Shown here piece after piece: positions 55,577 to 64,000 of a stretch of DNA of 64,000 nucleotides; positions within the stretch are counted from its first letter, which is position 1, and each line of letters opens with the position of its first letter. The notes beneath the pieces were generated by a model. That model made no database searches. It was given only the letters and a program-made list of their open reading frames with translations, and was not told where the DNA came from. This stretch comes from a virus, in IMG/VR virus record IMGVR_UViG_3300027833_000035, positions 1-64,000 of that record; one strand, written 5' to 3'. A program made the translations under genes and the position numbers.

Positions 55577-58500
55577 TTATTGACCTTTAATTTCGTCAAC
55601 CTCATCTTTTAAATCTTTAATAGCTTCAACTAAAAGTCCAATTAACGAGGCGTATGCAACTGATTTAATCTTATCTTCAGTTTTATCTTCAATTACAACC
55701 TCAGGAATAATTCTTTCAACTTCCTGAGCAATTAGACCAATTTTTCTAGTATCAGGATTTGTTTTCTTATTAAAATATACACCACGTAATTCTGTAACTT
55801 TTGAAAGCGCGTTATCAACAGTAATAACATTTTCTTTAAGTCTTTCATCAGAGTTAGTAGTAATATCACCGGTTGCAGTAAATTCACCAGTTGTTGTATC
55901 AAAAGTAAATACCGCAGTACCGCCAGCTCTTTCTTCAATTCTAATTGATGTCGCTGTGGTCGTATCAGCATCCATTAAGAATGCGCCAGTACCTGTTTCA
56001 AATCCAAGTTTCATTGCATTACCAGTACCGAAGCCCATATAGACGTCGTCAGGTAAATTCATATCAGATGTAATACCAGTAAGGTTGCCAGCGGTTAATG
56101 TACCACCAACAGTCATGTTGCCATTAACATCCATGTTTTCTAAACTAAGTTCATCATCACCAGATGTATAGAAGAAGTTTTGCTCACCACCTGGGTTAGG
56201 ACCTAGTGTAGCCATCAATGGTCGTTGGTCTGCACCAGCTTCAAAGAATGGAATGAATAATGCAGTATCTTGTAATGGAGATGTGTGGATGTTTTGTAAG
56301 TTACCAACACCACCTTCGTTACCTGGGCCCTGTACACCTTGTAAACCTTGGAAACCGTAATCCCCTTGGATACCAGTAGTACCTTGTGAACCTTGAACAC
56401 CTGCACCGATGGCACCTTGAAAACCTAAATTACCTTGTATACCTTGAGTACCTTGTGAACCCTGCGCACCAAATCCTATCGCGCCTTGTACACCTTGCCA
56501 ACCGTTAAAGCCTTGAGCACCTTGGAAACCTTGAGTACCAGCTCCACCAACTGAGCCTGCTTCACCTTGAACACCTTGTTGTCCTTGGAAACCTTCATAA
56601 CCTTGAATACCACCTTCGCCTGACTCACCAGAAATACCCTGTGGACCTGATGGACCGTTATTACCTTGGAGACCAGTATCACCGATACCAGCCGCACCTT
56701 GGAAGCCCTGTACACCTTGTTGACCCGAACCATTTGGTCCTTGGAAACCTAATCCACCTTGGAAGCCTTGGAAACCATTACCACCTTGGGCACCTTGATT
56801 ACCTTCACCAGCTGTACCTTGGTTACCACCAAATCCTTGGAAACCCTCAGATCCTTGGAAGCCTTGCATACCCTGTACGCCTTGAGTACCAAATCCAATT
56901 GGACCAGTACCACCTTGGATACCTTGAGCAGCTTGAGGACCTTGTGTACCTTGGAAACCATCGTTACCTTGGAAACCGGCAGCGCCTGGGGCTCCAACAC
57001 CTTGAGTACCTTGGAAACCCTGCATACCTTGGAAGCCATCGCCACCTTGTAGTCCAAAGTCACCTTGTACACCTTGTGGACCTTCGCCACCAACTTCACC
57101 TTCGTCACCTTGTTCTCCGTCAGTACCTTGTGGACCGGTTGCTCCTTGGAAACCAGTAGCACCTTGAGCACCAATACCGTCTAAGCCTTGCAGGCCTTGT
57201 AAACCTTGTGTACCTTGAGCACCAACCGTACCAATTCCACCGTCTAAACCTTGAATACCAGTATCACCTTGGATACCAGTAGTACCTTGTAAACCAGTAG
57301 CACCGAGGTCACCAGTTCTTGCAAAGGTAATTACGACATCTTCTGCATCAGCAAAGGTTGTGACTGAACCGTTTACATATGAACAAATTATATTAAAATA
57401 ACCTGCAACTTCCTGAACACTAGTAATAGTGAATACCGCGAAATTCTCTGGCGAACCATTTTGAGATATTTTAAAGTGACCTTTGATAGGGCTTGTTGAA
57501 TCATCAATAGTTCTAAGGAACGGTTGAATGTCCGTAAAATTATCATCTCTATCATCCATATACAGGTTACCGGCAGAGCTGAACGAAGCATTATTAAACT
57601 TAAGTGTACCAACCCCTGGATCCGATGTAGCAGTATTTGTGCTAAACGTATAATCAAAAGTAACCCCACCGAACGAACCAGTTTGACCTTGAACACCTGA
57701 TCCACCTTGTAGACCATCAGTTCCTTGAGTACCTTGTGGACCAAGCAGCCCTGGGAAACCTTGAACACCTTGGAAGCCAAGATCGCCTTGGAAACCGTCA
57801 GTACCTTGAATTGATTGTGGTCCTTGCGTACCTTGATTACCTAGTAATCCTTGAATACCCTGTACTCCTTGGACACCTTGAACTCCTTGAGTACCTTGAG
57901 GACCAAGATCAGAAGTAACAATAACTCCACCCATTGCAGCGTGGATAGTACATTGATAATAAAGAGATGCAGGAGCATCAAACGGTACTCGGAATACAAT
58001 TAAACCAGTCGCTGATGCGTTACCTGTTACACCAGTATTATAAGCAGCTCCACCTTGAGCAACTCTAATTTCAAACGGGTGACCTGCAGCGCTTACATCA
58101 AAGATATAAGTAAATCCACGGATAAGGTGAATTGTTGGATCAGCAACACCATCAATTAGGTAATCACTTGTTCCATTGTTTGTTACGATAAACGTACGAG
58201 CGCCTTCTTGTCCTTGTAGACCTTGAGCACCTTGGATACCAGTAGTACCTTGAATTGATTGTGGTCCTTGAGTACCTTGCAGACCTTGTAAGCCTTGAGT
58301 ACCCTGTAAACCTTGAACGCCTTGTACACCTTGAGTACCAGCTTCGCCGCGTGGTACAAAGTTAATTAATGTCTTAGCAGGGTGTAATGTATCAATAACA
58401 TCTGTTTGCCATGAATTATTTGGTAATCCATATGAGCCAACATAAGTAACGTCGAACCAACCAAATGTTTTTCCTACGCCATCCCATGTAAAGTTTGTAA

Positions 58501-60277
58501 ATTCATATACAACTTGGTGGTGACCAGACGGACCATTACCATCGTCGAATGATTCAACAACGATTAAGCCTTTTGAACCTGAACCTTGTGGTATTGTTTG
58601 TAACCAATCAAATACTTCATCAACGTCGTTAGTATAATTATTTAAAGGAATATCATCAAGTGTTAAAACAGTAGCCAATGTAACATCAGCGTTGTTTATT
58701 TTCCATTTGCTAGTTCCTGGGAATGTTGAAGCAGTTGAGTTATTAAGGAAATCCCACTCATAAGTTAAACCACCGTAATGGCCAACCGCACCCTGCACTC
58801 CTTGAGTACCTTGGTCGCCTTGTGTACCTTGATAACCCTGTAGACCTTCGCCGCCTTGTAAACCTTGAATACCTTGAACAGACTGAGTACCTTGAATACC
58901 CTGTACACCAACTCCGCCTTGTAGACCCTGTAAGCCTTGAATACCTTGAACAGATTGTGTACCCTGTATGCCTTGTAAACCTTGTGTTCCTTGGCTGCCT
59001 TGAATACCTTTTTGTCCTTGGATACCTTGAAAACCTTCAGTACCTTGAATTGATTGCGGACCTTGTACACCTTGGCTACCTAGTACGCCTTGAATACCTT
59101 GTGTTCCTTGAAGTCCTTGTAATCCTTGAGTACCTTGAATACCTTGATCGCCAGCTAAGCTAAACGCTACGAGAGTAGGAAGCATAGTTGTAGTGCCTAC
59201 AGTCGGAGTATCAAGTTGAACAAAGTCACCTTTAACACCATCACCAGAAAGATAAGTAACATCTAATTCCCAATAACCCGTTCTATCTGTTGCGCCTGTA
59301 ATTTGGAATATTACATAGTCGCTAGGGGTATTACGAAGAGTTACTTTCATAATTCCTTTATTATTAGTAGATACAGCCGCGATTGCAGTAAATAAACCTT
59401 CTAAGTTTACACCGTAGAAAGCTTCATCGTCAATCCATATTTTTGTAACTGCGCTGAAATTATCTGTAGGTAAAGCTGCACCATTAAATATCATATCGCC
59501 TGTGCCCGGATCGGCTTCTACGATAGGATCTGTAAGTCTGTATTCTACTACATGGCCAGCATCATCACCGCTAAAGCCTTGGAAACCTAAGTCACCTTGG
59601 ATACCAGTAGTACCTTGAATTGATTGTGGTCCTTGCGTACCTTGATTACCTAATAACCCTTGGACGCCTTGTGTACCTTGAGTACCCTGCGTGCCTTGTG
59701 GACCTTGGACGCCTTGGTTACCTTGAATACCCTGCATACCTTGAATACCGGTATCACCTTGTACACCCTGAGTACCTTGGTAACCGCGGAAACCACGTGA
59801 ACCTTGGATACCTTCATCACCGATTGTACCTTGAGTTCCCTGTAAACCTTGGTTACCATCAAAACCTTGTACACCACGGAATGAACCAACGTTAACCCAT
59901 ACCGCACCGTCATAAACCCATAACTCATCATCGGCGTTATCAATAACACCTTGACCAACTACGGCTGAAGGGAATGCTGTATTAAGAGTAGCTTGTTGAT
60001 CGCCACCTGTGTCAACATCAGTGACAGAACCAATAACGTTAAACCCTGGGCCGTATGTACCTTGAGTACCCTGCGCGCCCTCATCACCTTGAAGTCCTGT
60101 TGTACCTTGAATTCCTGCACCAACTGCGTTCCATGCTGTACCATTAGAAACATAAATTAACCCGTCGGAACCATAAGCAATGGCACCTTTGTACGGGGCT
60201 GGATCTAATTGAATAGGGACTGCTTGAGGCGTACCCTTTCCAATTATTCGTGAACCGCTAATTGATTTGAAAGCCAT
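55577..60277 (-). CDS. collagen-like (Gly-X-Gln) tail fibre with C-terminal peptidase S74 chaperone
   Basis: Long QGxQGx tracts separated by globular domains; SDERLKEN...LRGVYF...IGLIAQEVE...VAYASLIGLLVEAIKDL. Confidence 0.88.
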   Translation of the reverse strand: MAFKSISGSRIIGKGTPQAVPIQLDPAPYKGAIAYGSDGLIYVSNGTAWNAVGAGIQGTTGLQGDEGAQGTQGTYGPGFNVIGSVTDVDTGGDQQATLNTAFPSAVVGQGVIDNADDELWVYDGAVWVNVGSFRGVQGFDGNQGLQGTQGTIGDEGIQGSRGFRGYQGTQGVQGDTGIQGMQGIQGNQGVQGPQGTQGTQGTQGVQGLLGNQGTQGPQSIQGTTGIQGDLGFQGFSGDDAGHVVEYRLTDPIVEADPGTGDMIFNGAALPTDNFSAVTKIWIDDEAFYGVNLEGLFTAIAAVSTNNKGIMKVTLRNTPSDYVIFQITGATDRTGYWELDVTYLSGDGVKGDFVQLDTPTVGTTTMLPTLVAFSLAGDQGIQGTQGLQGLQGTQGIQGVLGSQGVQGPQSIQGTEGFQGIQGQKGIQGSQGTQGLQGIQGTQSVQGIQGLQGLQGGVGVQGIQGTQSVQGIQGLQGGEGLQGYQGTQGDQGTQGVQGAVGHYGGLTYEWDFLNNSTASTFPGTSKWKINNADVTLATVLTLDDIPLNNYTNDVDEVFDWLQTIPQGSGSKGLIVVESFDDGNGPSGHHQVVYEFTNFTWDGVGKTFGWFDVTYVGSYGLPNNSWQTDVIDTLHPAKTLINFVPRGEAGTQGVQGVQGLQGTQGLQGLQGTQGPQSIQGTTGIQGAQGLQGQEGARTFIVTNNGTSDYLIDGVADPTIHLIRGFTYIFDVSAAGHPFEIRVAQGGAAYNTGVTGNASATGLIVFRVPFDAPASLYYQCTIHAAMGGVIVTSDLGPQGTQGVQGVQGVQGIQGLLGNQGTQGPQSIQGTDGFQGDLGFQGVQGFPGLLGPQGTQGTDGLQGGSGVQGQTGSFGGVTFDYTFSTNTATSDPGVGTLKFNNASFSSAGNLYMDDRDDNFTDIQPFLRTIDDSTSPIKGHFKISQNGSPENFAVFTITSVQEVAGYFNIICSYVNGSVTTFADAEDVVITFARTGDLGATGLQGTTGIQGDTGIQGLDGGIGTVGAQGTQGLQGLQGLDGIGAQGATGFQGATGPQGTDGEQGDEGEVGGEGPQGVQGDFGLQGGDGFQGMQGFQGTQGVGAPGAAGFQGNDGFQGTQGPQAAQGIQGGTGPIGFGTQGVQGMQGFQGSEGFQGFGGNQGTAGEGNQGAQGGNGFQGFQGGLGFQGPNGSGQQGVQGFQGAAGIGDTGLQGNNGPSGPQGISGESGEGGIQGYEGFQGQQGVQGEAGSVGGAGTQGFQGAQGFNGWQGVQGAIGFGAQGSQGTQGIQGNLGFQGAIGAGVQGSQGTTGIQGDYGFQGLQGVQGPGNEGGVGNLQNIHTSPLQDTALFIPFFEAGADQRPLMATLGPNPGGEQNFFYTSGDDELSLENMDVNGNMTVGGTLTAGNLTGITSDMNLPDDVYMGFGTGNAMKLGFETGTGAFLMDADTTTATSIRIEERAGGTAVFTFDTTTGEFTATGDITTNSDERLKENVITVDNALSKVTELRGVYFNKKTNPDTRKIGLIAQEVERIIPEVVIEDKTEDKIKSVAYASLIGLLVEAIKDLKDEVDEIKGQ

Positions 60278-60699
60278 TATACATCATCCTCCTCGGATTG
60301 ACCAAGTGTGAAGGATAACGTAGCGTGTACTGCTAAGTTTGTATCGCATTTTAGTTCTAATAAATCACCTGACTTAAAGAACTGGCCATTAAGTGGTAAT
60401 GGAATAGTATCATATCCCGGGATTTGCAAATTCCTAATTAAATAAAATTCTGCGTTAACATCTTCTCTATGTACCCTTACATCAGCGTTAACTGTGTTTG
60501 CTGTAATGTTACATAAAATGAGTGGTGAAATAACTTCGCCGACGCCCGGTTCTACTGTTGTTGAACCACCGAAGACTAGCTCCGGTACTTCATAGTTTGG
60601 TACCTCAATCATTGTCTGCCAGTTGGTTGTCAATGTAAAGGATTTGGCGACCGGCTTCGCGTCGGGTGCCTGTGTTGTTGCTATTGTGTAAATTGTCAT
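60277..60699 (-). CDS. putative virion protein
   Basis: 140-aa ORF coupled by TAATG on both sides. Confidence 0.7.
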   Translation of the reverse strand: MTIYTIATTQAPDAKPVAKSFTLTTNWQTMIEVPNYEVPELVFGGSTTVEPGVGEVISPLILCNITANTVNADVRVHREDVNAEFYLIRNLQIPGYDTIPLPLNGQFFKSGDLLELKCDTNLAVHATLSFTLGQSEEDDV

Positions 60700-63600
60700 T
60701 ATAGAGCTGCCCTACTGTTCGATGCACGTCTTGCAAGTTTTCTAACTGATGAAGTGAATGGTCGACCTTCAATTCGACCTGTTCTACCGTTAATCTTTAG
60801 ACCTCTTGCGAAGTACTGGTTATTTAATTCGTCTGATCCTGACCATCTAATTCTACCACCACCTTCTGATAATACAGAGGCATTAGCACCAATTGCCGCG
60901 CCAACGTTTCTGAAGTTCAGAGGTAAGGCGTTTCTGTTAACACCTGCCGAAGCACCGTTAAACTGGTGAGCAATGGACTCAACGAGCGATCCGAAGACTA
61001 AGAAGTCTGGTCGAATAACACTTTCTGTAATAAGATTGTCTATCAATTCAGTTACCATTGTTGAGTGATCCACATCAGGAGCGATATTGTTATTTATATA
61101 AGTTTTCATACGTGACCAAGCACCTGTGAATGAGTCAAGTAAATCAGTATTGTTAGCACCGACGTTGTTCCAAACTGCTGCGCCGTCATATACGTAAATG
61201 TTACCTGTGTAACGATTTGCATTTGGATCTGTTGAAACAATACGAGTATCCCATTTCTTAGAAGTCGCGTTAAGCGCCGCTAATGCAGGTACGTTATTAA
61301 CTGTACCTTTAAATCGTAATCTTCTCCAATCAACATATGATTCTGGTGGATTGAATACTGGGAATACGTGTTGTGCGTCAATATTAAACAATGCGCCAAC
61401 GAAGGATCGTGATGCTTTATCGGAACCAACAGTTCCAACAACCGGATCAATAACTCTACCTTTGAAATCGTTCATAAGAACTTTAATGAGGTTACCACCG
61501 TCACGATATGTTTTCGGTAAGTCAATAAACTTATATTCAGAAGTAATAAATCGTTGTACTTCTCTTTGTAATTTGTTTCTGTTATTGTTAAGGATATCCT
61601 TAGCAAAGTTGAATGTTTTATCAGTTTCCCATTCGAAGTTAGGCTCTTCTTTTGGTCCAAGTGATTTTGGTGTGTTATAGAACATTACGTTATGTAATAT
61701 GTCACCAAGTCTTATTGCTTGAGCCTCTTGAGTAGTTGTACCTAATTCAGAACGTATAGCTTGATTTGGTAACTTACCAATAACAACTTGGCTTACAATT
61801 TTACCAAGTTGACGATATGCTTTTGCTGTTGCGACTCTTGTATCCTCAGGAATACGTAATTCGTTATTCCAATAATAGAAGTCTGCGTTCCAATGAGTAG
61901 CTAAGTTACCACCATAGTTAAGATCCCAAGACATCGCATCAATAATATACCCTGCGTCTCTGCGACACTTAGCTTTAGAGTAATCAATAATTGTAAATGT
62001 ATCTTTAAGGAATTTAGTAACATCATCTGCAAGTTCGTCAAGGTTATCATCAATAATTTTTGAAGCTTCGATTTTACCAGCATCAACCCAGCTTGTGTTA
62101 GGTTCAATAATATCTGGTAGACCGTCAATGTTATCTCTTCTGATTGCGTCTTCAACGATACGAACTAGATCAGCAACCTCTTCACCTTCAACTGATGTTG
62201 CGGCAGTGATTGATGTATCTTGTGTTGTCCAAGTTCTAACTGCTTTCTTCAATCCGCCTTCAATTGCACTTACGAATGTATGAGCACCTGAGTATGTAGC
62301 CGCTGCGCCAACCCACATTGTAATTACGTTACCTTCAACGTAAAGGACTGGACAAGGAACATCGTAATATGGATGATGTGCCTCAGGTACCGCGTGGTCA
62401 GTTGGACCTGCGCCAGTATCACATGAGAATGTAAAGCTTTCAGGTTCAAACGATACATAATCACCAATTTCTAAACCGTGATCAGCATCAATAGTTGCAG
62501 TAAAGTAACCTGTGTCAGCATCATATGTTGCATCAGTTGAAGTAAATCCTCTCTGATATGCAGTCTCATTTTGAACTACTGATTTAACAACGCCGGCCAT
62601 CTCTGTAAAGAAGTGAGCAGTCTGTTGTCTTTGGTCAGCTGGTAATATTGAATGAGCGCCTTCGAAGTATAGACCTGCAGTCATTATCATCGCGTAGTTA
62701 GTTGTATAGTTAACATCGTGTGATATAGCATCAATCATTACACCAACATCTCTACGACATTTCTCTTTTGAGTATGATATGCCATTATATTCATTAGCAA
62801 TATGGATCTGTAAATCCTTAGCCATTTGAATTGAGTTATCATCAACTGCGCCTTTAGCAACCATTAAATCATCTTGTACCCAAGTAATATCTGGATCAAT
62901 CCTTGATGGAATATTTGCTGGGCTATTATCATCTGCGACTTTTGCCAACATCGTTGCTAATGATTTTGCTTCATCTGCAATTGTACGTCTAGCAGCTCTA
63001 AATTTCATCTCTTGTCTAACAGTGTTACCAGTGATATGAGTGATTGAATTTAATGTTGAACTTACGAATGTATGAGCACCGCCACCTTTACCGTATGGAA
63101 CCTTACCAACATTCATAGTGATTGTTGTACCAGTCCTAGACAGAATTTTCATTGGTGCGTTATAATATGGATCACCTGATTGTGGGCTTGGGTGTAATGC
63201 AATATCACCATCCATAGAACATGTAAAGTTAATACTCTCTGGTGCAATCATTACATAATCGCCAACTTTAAGATTGTGGTTCGCCATAGTTGCAGTGAAT
63301 ACGCCTGTATCAGGATCGTATGTTGCAGTCGATGGTGTAAACTTACGACCTTCTTTACGTGGTACCATTTCGTTACGAGTTACCCAACGAACTACTTTAC
63401 CAAGATATTCAAACGCTTCTCTAGTTGATTGACGTTGGTCAATTGGTAGAATATTTACCGCATTTTTGAAGTAAAGTTCAGCAGTACCATGCATTGCAGA
63501 GTTACCACCATATTGAATATCGTGTGAAATTGCATCAACAATATAACCTGTATCTCTTCTGCATCGTGCTTCATCGTACTCAAGGTAATCAAAGTTATCT

Positions 63601-64000
63601 CTTAGGTATTGAGTAATCGTACCTTGTAGATTATCTTTACGTCCTGCAATCAATGTAGCTTCTGGATCGTATAAGTAGTTTTCAGCGCCAACAGTATTTG
63701 TAGCAATTTCAGAAACATCAGGCATATTGATTAATGAGTCGTCAGCAATTAAGTCTCCAACTATTTTCCATAGTGATGTGATATGCTGCGCGATTGGAAC
63801 AGTAACTACGCCGAATGAGGTATTTTGAGTAACGGTATTACCAGCTGATCGACCTACTGTTTGTTTCAGAACAATTTGACTTGCTACGGCACTTAAGTGG
63901 GTATATAATGCAGCGGTTGGTGCCCTTTGAGCTGAACTCAATGTGGACAGACCATTCTCAAAATATAGTTTAGCGACATCAAGCATTGCAGTATTTGACT
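60699..64000 (-). CDS. large virion structural protein (5' truncated by window)
   Basis: Frame open to window edge; repeated CRRDxGxxxDAxSxD..YGGN and ATYD..TG...HxLxxGD modules typical of marine T4-like virion proteins. Confidence 0.8.
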   Translation of the reverse strand, partial: SNTAMLDVAKLYFENGLSTLSSAQRAPTAALYTHLSAVASQIVLKQTVGRSAGNTVTQNTSFGVVTVPIAQHITSLWKIVGDLIADDSLINMPDVSEIATNTVGAENYLYDPEATLIAGRKDNLQGTITQYLRDNFDYLEYDEARCRRDTGYIVDAISHDIQYGGNSAMHGTAELYFKNAVNILPIDQRQSTREAFEYLGKVVRWVTRNEMVPRKEGRKFTPSTATYDPDTGVFTATMANHNLKVGDYVMIAPESINFTCSMDGDIALHPSPQSGDPYYNAPMKILSRTGTTITMNVGKVPYGKGGGAHTFVSSTLNSITHITGNTVRQEMKFRAARRTIADEAKSLATMLAKVADDNSPANIPSRIDPDITWVQDDLMVAKGAVDDNSIQMAKDLQIHIANEYNGISYSKEKCRRDVGVMIDAISHDVNYTTNYAMIMTAGLYFEGAHSILPADQRQQTAHFFTEMAGVVKSVVQNETAYQRGFTSTDATYDADTGYFTATIDADHGLEIGDYVSFEPESFTFSCDTGAGPTDHAVPEAHHPYYDVPCPVLYVEGNVITMWVGAAATYSGAHTFVSAIEGGLKKAVRTWTTQDTSITAATSVEGEEVADLVRIVEDAIRRDNIDGLPDIIEPNTSWVDAGKIEASKIIDDNLDELADDVTKFLKDTFTIIDYSKAKCRRDAGYIIDAMSWDLNYGGNLATHWNADFYYWNNELRIPEDTRVATAKAYRQLGKIVSQVVIGKLPNQAIRSELGTTTQEAQAIRLGDILHNVMFYNTPKSLGPKEEPNFEWETDKTFNFAKDILNNNRNKLQREVQRFITSEYKFIDLPKTYRDGGNLIKVLMNDFKGRVIDPVVGTVGSDKASRSFVGALFNIDAQHVFPVFNPPESYVDWRRLRFKGTVNNVPALAALNATSKKWDTRIVSTDPNANRYTGNIYVYDGAAVWNNVGANNTDLLDSFTGAWSRMKTYINNNIAPDVDHSTMVTELIDNLITESVIRPDFLVFGSLVESIAHQFNGASAGVNRNALPLNFRNVGAAIGANASVLSEGGGRIRWSGSDELNNQYFARGLKINGRTGRIEGRPFTSSVRKLARRASNSRAAL

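Noticed and set aside
56215-60153. Many alternative-frame ORFs over the collagen gene
   Set aside because: Shadows of the low-complexity Gly-X-Gln codon repeat

Overview
AT-rich segment of a large T4-like myophage genome, probably infecting a marine alphaproteobacterium (it carries a Rhodobacteraceae-type GapR homologue). 1-7.2 kb (+): early/accessory genes behind a repeated sigma70-type promoter (exonuclease, DenV-like, DUF932, APS-kinase-like, nucleotidyltransferase, DNA ligase, GapR). 7.2-22.4 kb (-): canonical T4 head/neck/tail block gp13-gp23 with TATAAATA late promoters. 22.5-26.3 kb (-): sugar-nucleotide/methyltransferase/propeller genes. 26.4-40.7 kb, the standout: two convergent operons encoding NINE radical SAM proteins, two Fe(II)/2OG-type oxygenases and four unknown proteins. 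The minus operon is headed by two tandem paralogous 126-aa proteins ending in YYCH(A/S)SCHSSCHSSRGRR, directly after a 2,792-aa tail fibre gene. This looks like a RiPP-like post-translational modification system for tail-associated proteins (inference). 40.7-64 kb (-): giant repetitive tail-fibre/virion genes, including a Gly-X-Gln collagen fibre. No tRNA, rRNA, CRISPR array or transposase seen. All family calls are by motif recognition, without database searches.
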